Source: a virus. Taken from it: 64,000 bases of DNA. This document shows positions 21,257 to 31,057 of the stretch, piece by piece. Both the position numbers and the translations under genes were made by a program. Every line of letters starts with the position of its first letter. The stretch's first letter is position 1. Location of the stretch: IMG/VR virus record IMGVR_UViG_3300005856_000023, positions 32,001 through 96,000 of that record; one strand, given 5' to 3'. Below the pieces are notes generated by a model. It did not search any database, had not been told where the DNA came from, and saw only the letters and a program-made list of their open reading frames with translations.

Positions 21257-21841
21257 TTAAACTAATCTAAATAAACTGTAGCTATCATATCTTCCAATCA
21301 ATATTATATGTTCATCATCTGCATATATGTCGATTACCTCTGGATCAAAGTCAAGTATTGTGTTTAATGGAACTTCTAATTTTGTTTCTGCATCCAGATA
21401 TATTTCTGATTCAAAATCAATCGTTGAACATACTATTTTATCATTTTCAATGTTTACATTCAATCCTTTCATAACAGAAGTTAGTTCATAAACCTTGCTT
21501 AGAATACCTGTATCAATTCTATAGTTGTACACATTGTTGGTATATAGATTTATAATCTTCTTGAGCAAATCATTTTTATCTTCATTTTTCATTACAGTGA
21601 ATTTAAACTTTCCAAAATTTGTTTCAATTACTAACTCATTTGAATCATAATTTACAGCAATGTTTTTGATTGCATCTTTCTCAAGAATTTGTAGTGGAGT
21701 GTAATTAACAATTGAACAGTTGGGTAGAAAATCATTTGCTCCGACTAATACAAAATCATTGTTGTAAGCATACATAATATTATCATCAATTGTAATAAAG
21801 AATGCTCCAATTTTAGTTGCCGTCTTAATGAATTCCTTCAT
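21257..21841 (-). CDS. putative DNA sliding clamp (PCNA/gp45-like)
   Basis: Acidic 194-aa protein with two helix/strand repeats; RFC-like loader elsewhere in window. Confidence 0.45.
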   Translation of the reverse strand: MKEFIKTATKIGAFFITIDDNIMYAYNNDFVLVGANDFLPNCSIVNYTPLQILEKDAIKNIAVNYDSNELVIETNFGKFKFTVMKNEDKNDLLKKIINLYTNNVYNYRIDTGILSKVYELTSVMKGLNVNIENDKIVCSTIDFESEIYLDAETKLEVPLNTILDFDPEVIDIYADDEHIILIGRYDSYSLFRLV

Positions 21842-21872
21842 TTTAATAAATTTAGCCTGGTTGCATAAAAAA

Positions 21873-22985
21873 TCATATATCTATATCCAATTCATCAAGT
21901 TGATGATTTTTCTTTTTTGTTTTTTTGTTTATGTCTGTATCCTCTATTGATAATACATCTTCAGTTTTCTGCATATTAGCGAGTATGTCCATTTCTGTTT
22001 GACTATCAGAAACATTATCTTCAAACATATATGGTTTGACTAATATCTCGTATGTACTATTGTTAATTAAGTTATCAAGCTGTTCTCTGAACTTTGTATC
22101 ATTTTTGTATAGAGTTATAACATCTTTTATTAATAAACCTTTGTCTGTAAATGGAAACTTTAATCTTCCTTGTTTTGATTCAATTACATTATAATCAACT
22201 AGAAATTGTAATGATGATAGCAAATCAAAGAACCCGTATTTATCGGAGAATGCTATTTTTACATTTTTTCCACTAGTAAACAATCTGTTCTTTATAATAC
22301 CAACCTCGACGAATCTTATTTGAACATTACCTGCTAACTCTTTTGTTTCTTTTGCTATTAGATACAGCATTTGATTTGCTGCGTACAGTAATGCAGCTCC
22401 ACCCGGTATCCTGTATTTTCCCTTTATTGTCAGTAACCCAGTTGTTCCAAAGGGAGTTAAACTTATGTTCTCTTTCATGTGAGCAGTTATAACAACGGTT
22501 AGATTATAGTCAATTTTATATCTAAACAGTTTGTTTATTAGTCTGGTTAACAGATTTGCTTTTATACCTAGTGCTATACTATCTGTTAGTGAACTAAATT
22601 CTTGTTTCGTTGATAGTGCTGATATACTATCTATAACTAACAAAGTTTTCTTATCTTGTAATTTCGGTAATAATTCTGATTCAATTGCTTCATCCAATTC
22701 TTCTATAGTTGGAGCATATTGTATGAGATCATTCAAATCTAATCCAAATGCTTTAGCTCTTGTTTCTGTTACAGCAATTTCTGTGTCCAAATAGAATATT
22801 TGATAACCCTGCTTCTTAAATTGTGATGCAATTTGAATAGATAATTGTGTCTTACCTGCACCCGGAGTTCCTACGATCAGTACTATTCCTCTTTCTTCTA
22901 TTCCACCTCCTAATATACTATCCAATACTTTAATTTGAGTGGGTATAATTCTTCTCTCTACAAATCTACCTGTTTTTGTAAACAT
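21873..22985 (-). CDS. recA: RecA/UvsX-like recombinase
   Basis: LDSILGGGI, GTPGAGKT, YLDTE, VIDSI, PGGAAL, KNR. Confidence 0.92.
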   Translation of the reverse strand: MFTKTGRFVERRIIPTQIKVLDSILGGGIEERGIVLIVGTPGAGKTQLSIQIASQFKKQGYQIFYLDTEIAVTETRAKAFGLDLNDLIQYAPTIEELDEAIESELLPKLQDKKTLLVIDSISALSTKQEFSSLTDSIALGIKANLLTRLINKLFRYKIDYNLTVVITAHMKENISLTPFGTTGLLTIKGKYRIPGGAALLYAANQMLYLIAKETKELAGNVQIRFVEVGIIKNRLFTSGKNVKIAFSDKYGFFDLLSSLQFLVDYNVIESKQGRLKFPFTDKGLLIKDVITLYKNDTKFREQLDNLINNSTYEILVKPYMFEDNVSDSQTEMDILANMQKTEDVLSIEDTDINKKTKKKNHQLDELDIDI

Positions 22986-23007
22986 AAACAAAAATTTAGA
23001 CTGAGTG

Positions 23008-24282
23008 CTAAACACTAATTGTTAGTTTATCTCTACTAATATGTACAAACAATTTAACATTAATTAATCTATTGTAGATATTAAATGTAAACAAAAGTTC
23101 AATGTATACTAAACCAAGTGCTTCCACATGTTCTATGTTTAGTATTTGAAAATCTTGTACAATTTCTTTCAGATACAAATTTATATCATTTACGGATGCA
23201 TTAAGCGCATCCAAAACCCTATTTATACTAAGCGAATGTAGAGCCCTTAATAAATAGACTCTTAATATTTTCTTCAAAATAGATATTCCTGCTATGAAGT
23301 ATTCTTGATAAAATTTGTGCTTGTGTGTGTAAAGATAATCTGTTAATACATCTTCAGCAATTAACCGAGTTGTATATGTATTCGGATCAATTAAATACTT
23401 AAAATCAACATGATCAACTGTTAAAGTTTTTTGTTGTAATCTTGCTTGTAGTAACAGAGCATAGTATATGTAAGACAATAAAATATCTTTATCTCTAAAG
23501 TAAGGAAGGTAATTAAATTGAAAGACTTCATGTGTCAAAGAATCATTATCTAGTCTGCGTAAAGCAAATAGGTATTCCTTCTGATTCACTTCAGGATAAT
23601 GATGTGAAGCATAAACAACAAAACCAGAACCGTAAACTTCCTTATATTCATAGTATAGTTTGTTTAGCCAATCGTTTATAATAGGTATTTGTTCTGCATC
23701 TAATTGTTCAGGTAAAACTATAAATGTAATATCATGACCAGCTGTTAATGTTCTGTGCAAGTTATATAATAAATCTTCAAGCTGAATCACCTCAATTGTA
23801 TAAGTTAAAGCTTGATCATCCAAATCATTTATGTTTATGTTATTTAAACTTTCCCTATCTATAAAAAATGCATCCGTGATATCTCTGTGATTTGTGTAAT
23901 CAATCAATCTTAATTGAGATGATAATATCTTTGCTCTTATGTTAAGATCTGCTGGTAAAGTTCTTATTGAGTATGCAATAGTTTGATTACTTATTGATAG
24001 TTTGTAGTAGACTACTGTGCTTGTTCTTGTTTCTGGTAGAACATACACATAGAAGGGTAAGTTGTTACTTGCTAACTTCCAAGCAACAAAATAAGAACTG
24101 TAGCTATTACTATTAATTATCTCAATGGGAATTTTACTTACTAATTTATTCAAACTATTAACAAAGATTAAATCTTTTGTGTATGCTTTACCCTTAACAA
24201 AAATAATAGTTGTTAGCGGATCAAATTTTGGTTCTTCTACTTTTTCTTCTATAAATGTGTTAAGCTGCAAAGCATAAAACAT
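23008..24282 (-). CDS. divergent tail-sheath-like protein
   Basis: C-terminus LKEIVQDFQI...LVYIELLFTF..RLINVKLFV mirrors the sheath C-terminal domain; AGC-class promoter. Confidence 0.5.
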   Translation of the reverse strand: MFYALQLNTFIEEKVEEPKFDPLTTIIFVKGKAYTKDLIFVNSLNKLVSKIPIEIINSNSYSSYFVAWKLASNNLPFYVYVLPETRTSTVVYYKLSISNQTIAYSIRTLPADLNIRAKILSSQLRLIDYTNHRDITDAFFIDRESLNNININDLDDQALTYTIEVIQLEDLLYNLHRTLTAGHDITFIVLPEQLDAEQIPIINDWLNKLYYEYKEVYGSGFVVYASHHYPEVNQKEYLFALRRLDNDSLTHEVFQFNYLPYFRDKDILLSYIYYALLLQARLQQKTLTVDHVDFKYLIDPNTYTTRLIAEDVLTDYLYTHKHKFYQEYFIAGISILKKILRVYLLRALHSLSINRVLDALNASVNDINLYLKEIVQDFQILNIEHVEALGLVYIELLFTFNIYNRLINVKLFVHISRDKLTISV

Positions 24283-24304
24283 TTATTTGTTAGCTCAAGT
24301 CAAA
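24283..24304. promoter_or_regulatory. single palindromic AGCT shared by two divergent genes
   Basis: CAT-N9-AGCT(24292-24295)-N9-ATG, exactly symmetric. Confidence 0.65.
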
Positions 24305-24523
24305 ATGCTTTTCACAGAAATGCAAATATACCTTGACTTAAACAATGAAGAGGTTATCACTTTACCTTCATACACTATATATCAATACAGACCTGAGATC
24401 ATGGCTTTAAGAGAAAAAAATATAGTTTATCATGATCAGATAAATGATTACATAAAGTTTAACATACTAATAAATACGAAGAAGAAGTTTATATCTGATC
24501 TTGAATTTGTAGATAGATTTTAA
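24305..24523 (+). CDS. small LysM/gp53-like baseplate protein
   Basis: YQYRPEIMA motif; size. Confidence 0.45.
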   Translation: MLFTEMQIYLDLNNEEVITLPSYTIYQYRPEIMALREKNIVYHDQINDYIKFNILINTKKKFISDLEFVDRF

Positions 24524-24551
24524 CAGAATTCAAGCAAGAAGTGGAAGTAGT

Positions 24552-24941
24552 TCACTCCAAATCAACGCCAAATCTAAAGGCCACGTAGTAATGTAGAAGT
24601 TTTGTGTATATGAGATCTAAAACTAATGCTTCACTTCCAAAACATTCAATTAAAATATCGTATGTTTCCTCGTTTATAACATTTTTAAAGTTACGAGTTA
24701 ATCTTACTATCTCGTTTGATACATATGATTCAAAATCTACAAAATTACCGACTATTGTATCATTAAATTGTGATAGAGCCAAAGCATTAGCTATACAATA
24801 ATTTTCTACTATCTCCATACAAATTTGTTTTTTAAAATTGTCATCCATGTACATTTCCAATTCATATTCTTGATCTATATCCTCATCTACAAAATCATTA
24901 GTTTTGTCTCTCATAAAGATTTTTTTTAGCCAATCAAACAT
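24552..24941 (-). CDS. hypothetical acidic protein
   Basis: ORF; AGC-N10-ATG. Confidence 0.65.
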   Translation of the reverse strand: MFDWLKKIFMRDKTNDFVDEDIDQEYELEMYMDDNFKKQICMEIVENYCIANALALSQFNDTIVGNFVDFESYVSNEIVRLTRNFKNVINEETYDILIECFGSEALVLDLIYTKLLHYYVAFRFGVDLE

Positions 24942-24973
24942 ACTCCTAACAGCTGTTACAAAAAAATAAAAAA

Positions 24974-25633
24974 CTAACATTTAGCGACGCTAGGGAATAA
25001 TTTATCACGATAATATAATCCTTTCGGATCCCACTTTGGATTAAAACAAGGAACTGCTGCTACATATCTGAACGATACACTGAACTGAGCTAAATCAGTT
25101 GCAGATACGTCTCCTGCTATAGCATCATTCGATATTGATTCTGGGTAAACATTGTAGAATATGATTTTCAAATCTATTGCAGATAGGTCTGGTATTAGGT
25201 AATAGATTGTTAATCTACCAGACATTTTTGGTGGATCATAGTATATGGCTTTGCCTGAGAAGTCATCCCAAGTTTTTCTCCAAAGCAAGAAGAAATCTCT
25301 AGCAGAAGGTTTTCTTGTTTCCAGAAATTGTAAGGTTATGGTTCCTGGCTCTTCATGCTTAGGAGCAGATATAGCATATCTACCACCATACACTTGTTGC
25401 TTTGCATAAGTAGATCTCGGTATCCAGTCTGAAATAGATATGGTTCTAGCAGCTAGTTTTACACCAAAATCTTTGTCACCACCATATTTTGTTATGTAGT
25501 TAAATAAATCTCTATTAACATCTGGAACTATTCTTGGTAATTCTATTACAGCGAATGCAAAATTTGTTGTGGGTATTATGTCTGGTTCTGTTATTGATTT
25601 CTTTAATCCTGTCGCACCTGGAACATAAGGCAT
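24974..25633 (-). CDS. tail tube protein
   Basis: GTITLQFLE...FFLLW; IIFYNVYPESI...LAQFSVSFRY, typical of gp19-like tubes. Confidence 0.8.
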   Translation of the reverse strand: MPYVPGATGLKKSITEPDIIPTTNFAFAVIELPRIVPDVNRDLFNYITKYGGDKDFGVKLAARTISISDWIPRSTYAKQQVYGGRYAISAPKHEEPGTITLQFLETRKPSARDFFLLWRKTWDDFSGKAIYYDPPKMSGRLTIYYLIPDLSAIDLKIIFYNVYPESISNDAIAGDVSATDLAQFSVSFRYVAAVPCFNPKWDPKGLYYRDKLFPSVAKC

Positions 25634-25696
25634 AAAGAATTTATGCTTTTGAGATCACAATATATCAAATTACTCAACCACTCTAAATTTTAGAGT

Positions 25697-26299
25697 ATGC
25701 GTATAGTAATAGATGGACTTTCAAAAATTGGTAAATCATTTCTATTCAATGAACTTATGAAATATACAAAAAAGATTATATTCATAGAACCCAAGTACAA
25801 TGAATGTGAGTTACAAAATTTACCAATAATTGATAGGCAGAAAAAATTTATTGAGACATATTCCAAAATTACAAAAAATGCAATGAAATTTAATTCATTT
25901 GTAATGTATAGAAGTATTGTATCCGTTGATGTTTATAACACTCATTATTTCAAACTTAGATTGAAGGATGATATTGATAACAATAGTATTTTGAATAACA
26001 TAGCTATTCTACAAAAGTTATCACCATTAGTTATATTTCTGCACTGTTCAGATATTAACATTTTGAAAGACATTTATTACTACATGATTTATAATGTTCC
26101 ATCAGAAAGCATGTTCTTCAAATCACTAAAATCATTCACAGAAGATAATCTTGAGATAGGTTATAAGTTGCTAGAAAGTTACAATAAGTTTATGTTTACA
26201 ACTAAAATTTATGATTTAAAAGATTTCTATAATGGTAATGTGGTAGATTCTTTTACAAAGAGAAATGAATCAATTTTGAAAGATATTCTGTTAAAGTAA
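25697..26299 (+). CDS. deoxynucleoside monophosphate (thymidylate-type) kinase
   Basis: IVIDGLSKIGKS P-loop, VMYRS, LVIFL. Confidence 0.65.
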   Translation: MRIVIDGLSKIGKSFLFNELMKYTKKIIFIEPKYNECELQNLPIIDRQKKFIETYSKITKNAMKFNSFVMYRSIVSVDVYNTHYFKLRLKDDIDNNSILNNIAILQKLSPLVIFLHCSDINILKDIYYYMIYNVPSESMFFKSLKSFTEDNLEIGYKLLESYNKFMFTTKIYDLKDFYNGNVVDSFTKRNESILKDILLK

Positions 26300-26402
26300 A
26301 AGTTTTTTGATGATTCAAAGTATACACAAAAAAACAAATTGCTTACTATAAAATATTTCTCGTAGATCTTATTTGTATTACCATTAAGCACAATTGTAAA
26401 GT

Positions 26403-26746
26403 ATGGCTTGGACTTGGATAGAAAACGGAAATATTTGTTTCCGATTCAAAGGATATAGCTACGAAAGATATAGCAATTGAAGTTCCTGATGGAACTCTAC
26501 CACAAGATTTAACAATTGAGAATGGAAATATAGTTTTCAAAACCGAAGCAAAGAAAACTCGCAGAACTCAAGAACTATGTTGCAACATTGCTTGTTCAAA
26601 CTGATTATGTAATTGTAAAGATTGCAGAAGCAGAAGTTATCGGAGACATGGATACAGTAGCACAGCTTAAACAGAAATATACAACTCAACTCCAACAGAG
26701 AGAAACAATACGAGCTTGAAGTGAGCAGATGAAGCAAGCAATGTAA
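26403..26746 (+). pseudogene. tail-fibre assembly/chaperone pseudogene, paralog of 61720-62316
   Basis: AGC-N13-ATG, then AIEVPDGTLPQDLTIENGNIVFKTEA/KLAELK, similar to AIELEVSSPDDVILDNGQIRVKTEAEKLAEVK; two frameshifts and an internal TGA. Confidence 0.75.
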
Positions 26747-26831
26747 TTTTGCAGACGGGCAGGGTGTTCCACTTTTTTTGTCAAATTACAAGTAGTTAAC
26801 CTACTAACATTAACTAGATTAAGATAAAAAA

Positions 26832-27380
26832 TTACACTGCCACTTTTCCACTAGTCCAATCAAGTAAATGCACTTTTATATCTTTTTTTGTTGATTTCAA
26901 ATACTTTTCAAAATCCAAATCATATAAAAGATATGTATGCCAAGCATCCAATCTATCAATATAGGGTAATTTATCTCTTATAATCTCGAAAACTTTTAGT
27001 TGTTCAAAATCTATTTGTTTTTGCTCAAGGTTCCTAAAATCAATATTCTCCTGATAAGCTCTAAACAATATCTCAGGATCAATTAATTTCTCACTATCAG
27101 TGTATTGCAATCCATACTTTAATATGTATGGAATTAAATCCAATTGTTCATTTGTAATTGCTTTGTATAGAATTTTGAAGATGGTTTGATTAGTTAGAAT
27201 ATAGTATGCTAACAATATTCTGGCTATGCTTGTTTGCATATTTTGCTTAATTGATTCAAAAACAATAGGAATTTTACTTTCATCTTTAACTATCAATAGT
27301 GTTATAATTTGTAGTAATGTAGCAAATGGATTTGTTGTAACTGAATTCAGACTTGTTCCATATCTTTGTTTTATGTTCAT
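26832..27380 (-). CDS. hypothetical protein
   Basis: ORF with class-1 promoter. Confidence 0.7.
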   Translation of the reverse strand: MNIKQRYGTSLNSVTTNPFATLLQIITLLIVKDESKIPIVFESIKQNMQTSIARILLAYYILTNQTIFKILYKAITNEQLDLIPYILKYGLQYTDSEKLIDPEILFRAYQENIDFRNLEQKQIDFEQLKVFEIIRDKLPYIDRLDAWHTYLLYDLDFEKYLKSTKKDIKVHLLDWTSGKVAV

Positions 27381-27412
27381 AATCATAAATTTAGATTAGA
27401 TGCAAAAAAACA

Positions 27413-28093
27413 TTATTGAGCAAAAGGTTTAAACCAAACAGTCCATATAACTTCTATTCTTTTCAAATCATATTTATAAACAGGAACAGGTAGTGTTGTG
27501 TAAGCTATCATCTTAGGAGTTTGATTATTTATTGACACTAACAAATCTAATTCAGTTATAGCTACGTATCTTCTATCACCACTTTTACAATATCCTGTAA
27601 ATGATGAATCTTGGATATCTATATTTGCTTCTGTGTAATCTATATCAAACAGTAATTGTATTCCTCCAATGGTAGCGGTATAGCTACCGCAATTACTTGA
27701 TTGTTCAACAAATCTTACTTTGCTTACAATTTTTAGATCTGAACTGCTAGTAATACGAATTATGTTATTGCGAGACGGATTATCTGATAAGTAACTTGTT
27801 GGTATAGTAAGAACAGGGTTATAAGAACAACTAGAGGAATTAAATCCTGTATGACCTAAACTCAAATACCAAACTAAATTATTCACATTATTTGTAGGGT
27901 TGTAACTAGAAAAGTCTGTTTCCTTTCCTGGCCAAGCACCAAATATTTGTTTGCCTAGTAACATAGATAGAAAGTAAGAGAATGATGGCAATGTTGCATT
28001 GGCTGTAACTATATAATCCATCAATTCATTCTCTTTATTATAGGTGTAAACATAAACTAAGTTTAATATCTCCGAATGATCTACTATTTTCAT
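27413..28093 (-). CDS. putative baseplate/tail-collar protein
   Basis: YLSLG...ITELDL...MIAYTTLPVPVYK...IEVIWTVWF pattern; AGC class. Confidence 0.55.
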   Translation of the reverse strand: MKIVDHSEILNLVYVYTYNKENELMDYIVTANATLPSFSYFLSMLLGKQIFGAWPGKETDFSSYNPTNNVNNLVWYLSLGHTGFNSSSCSYNPVLTIPTSYLSDNPSRNNIIRITSSSDLKIVSKVRFVEQSSNCGSYTATIGGIQLLFDIDYTEANIDIQDSSFTGYCKSGDRRYVAITELDLLVSINNQTPKMIAYTTLPVPVYKYDLKRIEVIWTVWFKPFAQ

Positions 28094-28106
28094 TGTTTAA
28101 ACGATG

Positions 28107-28649
28107 CTAGCGTAATTCAATAATTGTCTTTTGTTTGTTGTGCTTATCATAAACTACTTTTAATAGTTTTATGGGTTCAGCTTTCATAGTTATTAGTAAT
28201 TGTTTTAGCATATCGGGATTTATTTTCCAACCTTTAATTTCATTAGATAATATACCTCCAAACTTCAATCCTTCAACAACACCTTCTGAACAAAAGTATC
28301 CACCATTACTAGTAAACACAGGTATCACAAAACCAATAACACCAAGCCAATTATATGGCACATTATTCGTTGCAAGATAGTTATAAAATCTCATAGCATA
28401 ATCATATTCCTGATCACTAACACTTAATTTATATACTTCTACAATAGTATCATCAGAATGATCAAGCAATGTAAAATAATTCCAATATATTCTGCATAAA
28501 CTACCATTTGGATAGACTTCAATAGTTTTGTAGGGATACTCCAATTCCAATATTATACCTGCATGACTAATATCTGATCTTGTCCAAAATTCTATTAGTC
28601 TGGAAAATAGAGATCTACCCTTAAAGAGACCGATGTATATGTCTTGCAT
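28107..28649 (-). CDS. permuted papain-like (YaeF/YiiX, C92) amidase
   Basis: LIEFWTRSDISHAGI ... PYNW.G ... YFCSE. Confidence 0.8.
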   Translation of the reverse strand: MQDIYIGLFKGRSLFSRLIEFWTRSDISHAGIILELEYPYKTIEVYPNGSLCRIYWNYFTLLDHSDDTIVEVYKLSVSDQEYDYAMRFYNYLATNNVPYNWLGVIGFVIPVFTSNGGYFCSEGVVEGLKFGGILSNEIKGWKINPDMLKQLLITMKAEPIKLLKVVYDKHNKQKTIIELR

Positions 28650-28739
28650 TTATAGTATACGCTCACAAAATAAAATCTAAACATCACTGATAAGTTATCG
28701 TTAGCTTACATAACTTAAAAGCAATCTAAATTTTTTTCT

Positions 28740-29264
28740 ATGAAATGTTTGTTACAAGACGAGAAATTAACGTTTATATTTAGACACTATTATGTTTCAT
28801 GTTATAATTATAGTTATAGTAATTATCAAGCCAATGGAATATTATCTTTCGCTGCCATGGATTTATCTTTTAAAATTATAAAGGAACAAAAAAGAAAATC
28901 TATTATTTTAAAAAAGAGGAAACCGATCATACATTTATTAAATTACATTGATATACTCAATTTCAATCTCAATAGTAATAAATTTGACATTACCTTTTTC
29001 TCAATAAATAACTACAAAATAAAATTAGTATATAACTTGTATTTATACCGAAGAAGACCCTTTAAGGACTTTGCTTATAAAGATAGCCTAAAAGTTATTG
29101 AACGCGAAAACCTATGTGTCATTAGATTTGAAGATGATTTTGCTAGTAGAGTACAGCCAAAGAATGTAAATTTATCCGCTATGGTAATGCATATACTTGA
29201 GAAGGAAAAGAGTTATGAGATAGATGTAGGTAGTATAATATTTTATTGTGTACTTCTAATGTGA
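28740..29264 (+). CDS. paralog family protein, copy 1
   Basis: MKCLL...IIFYCVLLM. Confidence 0.85.
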   Translation: MKCLLQDEKLTFIFRHYYVSCYNYSYSNYQANGILSFAAMDLSFKIIKEQKRKSIILKKRKPIIHLLNYIDILNFNLNSNKFDITFFSINNYKIKLVYNLYLYRRRPFKDFAYKDSLKVIERENLCVIRFEDDFASRVQPKNVNLSAMVMHILEKEKSYEIDVGSIIFYCVLLM

Positions 29265-29326
29265 TAAACATTACTGATATGTTATCGTTAGCTTACATAA
29301 CTTAAAAACAATCTAAATTTTTTTCT

Positions 29327-29845
29327 ATGAAATGTTTGTTACACGACGAGAAATTAACCTTTGTATTTAAACACTATTATATTTCATATTATAATTGTGG
29401 TTTTAGGAATTATCAAATCAATGGAGTATTATCTTTTGCTATCATGGATTTAGCTTTTAAAATTATAAAGGAGCAAAAAAGAAAATCTATTACTTTAAAA
29501 AAGAGAAAACCAATTATACATTTGTTAAATTATATTGATATACTCAATTTCAATCTCAATAGTAACAAATTTGGCATTGACTTTATCTCAGAAAATAACT
29601 ACAAAACAGAATTAGCACGTAACTTGTATTTATACCGAACAAGACCCTTTAAGGACTTTGCTAAAGATAGCCTAGAAGTTATTGAATACGAAAACTTATG
29701 TGTCATTAGATTTACATATGATTATGCTAGTAGAATACAGCCAAAGAATGTAAATTTAGCTGCTATGGTAATACATATACTTGAGAAGGAAGAGAGTAAG
29801 ATAGATGTAGGTAGTATAATATTTTATTGTGTACTTCTAATGTGA
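29327..29845 (+). CDS. paralog family protein, copy 2
   Basis: MKCLL...IIFYCVLLM. Confidence 0.85.
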   Translation: MKCLLHDEKLTFVFKHYYISYYNCGFRNYQINGVLSFAIMDLAFKIIKEQKRKSITLKKRKPIIHLLNYIDILNFNLNSNKFGIDFISENNYKTELARNLYLYRTRPFKDFAKDSLEVIEYENLCVIRFTYDYASRIQPKNVNLAAMVIHILEKEESKIDVGSIIFYCVLLM

Positions 29846-29907
29846 TAAGCATTTCTGATATGTTATCGTTAGCTTACGTAGCTTAAAAACAATCTAAATT
29901 TTTTTCT

Positions 29908-30432
29908 ATGAAATGTTTGTTACACGACGAGAAATTAACCTTTGAATTTAGAAACAATTATGTTTCATGTGATAATTATACTTATAGTAATTATCAAGCC
30001 AATGGAATATTATCTTTTGCTGTCATGGATTTACTTATTAAAATTATAAAGGAACAAAAAAGAAAATCTATTGTTTTAAAAAAGAGGAAACCGATCATAC
30101 ATTTATTAAATTACGTTGATATACTCAATTTCAATCTCAATAGTAACAAAGTTGACATTACCCTTTTCTCAAAAAATAACTACAAAACAAAATTAGTATA
30201 TAACTTGTATTTATACCGAACAAGACCCTTTAAGGACTTTGTTTATAAAGATAGTCTAAAAGTTATTGAACGTGAAAACTTATGCATCATTAGATTTGAA
30301 TATGATTATACTACTATAGTACAGCTAAAGAATGTAAATTTAGCCGCTATGGTAATGCATATACTTGAGAAGAAAAAGAGTCGTGTGATAGATGAAAGTG
30401 GTATAATATTTTATTGTGTATTTCTAATGTGA
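29908..30432 (+). CDS. paralog family protein, copy 3
   Basis: MKCLL...IIFYCVFLM. Confidence 0.85.
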   Translation: MKCLLHDEKLTFEFRNNYVSCDNYTYSNYQANGILSFAVMDLLIKIIKEQKRKSIVLKKRKPIIHLLNYVDILNFNLNSNKVDITLFSKNNYKTKLVYNLYLYRTRPFKDFVYKDSLKVIERENLCIIRFEYDYTTIVQLKNVNLAAMVMHILEKKKSRVIDESGIIFYCVFLM

Positions 30433-30493
30433 TAAACATCACTGATAAGTTGTCGTTAGCTTACGTAGCTTAAAACAATCTAAATTTTTTTTT

Positions 30494-31012
30494 ATGAAAT
30501 GTTTGTTATACGACTATAAATTAACCTTTACATTTAGAAACGATCATGTTACATTTTGTATTCATGTTTATGGTGATTATCAAGCCAATGAAATATTATC
30601 TTTTGCTGTCATAGATTTATTTATTAAAATTATAAAGCAACAAAAAAGAAAACTTATTATTTTAAAAAAGAGAAAACCGATCTTACATTTGTTAAATTAC
30701 ATTGATATGCTCAATTTCATTAGTAATGAATTTAACATTACCTTTTTCTCAAAAAATAAATACAAAGCAGAATTATTATATAACTTGTATTCATACCGAA
30801 CAAAACCCTTTAAGGACTTTGGTCGTAAAAATGGTCTAAAAGTTATTGAAAACGAAAACTTTTGTGTCATTAGATTTGAATATGATTATGTTAATATAGT
30901 AAAGCCAAAGAATGTAGATTTAGCCGCTATGGTAATGCATATACTTAAGAAGGAAGAGAGTGATGAGATAGATGTAAGTAGTATAATATTTTATTGTGTA
31001 CTTCTAATGTGA
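30494..31012 (+). CDS. paralog family protein, copy 4
   Basis: MKCLL...IIFYCVLLM. Confidence 0.85.
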   Translation: MKCLLYDYKLTFTFRNDHVTFCIHVYGDYQANEILSFAVIDLFIKIIKQQKRKLIILKKRKPILHLLNYIDMLNFISNEFNITFFSKNKYKAELLYNLYSYRTKPFKDFGRKNGLKVIENENFCVIRFEYDYVNIVKPKNVDLAAMVMHILKKEESDEIDVSSIIFYCVLLM

Positions 31013-31057
31013 TAAGCATTTTTTTATACGTTTTACAATCTGTCTAAATTTAGTGAT

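Larger units (their letters stand above)
28678..31020 (+). repeat. four tandem ~585-bp promoter+gene units
   Basis: Units start near 28678, 29265, 29846 and 30433 with a shared ~62-bp upstream block (CTGATA..TCGTTAGCTTAC..CAATCTAAATTT). Confidence 0.95.

Noticed and set aside
28678-31020. DGR template/variable repeat pairs
   Set aside because: Differences are not adenine-restricted, all copies are intact genes with promoters, and no reverse transcriptase is in the window
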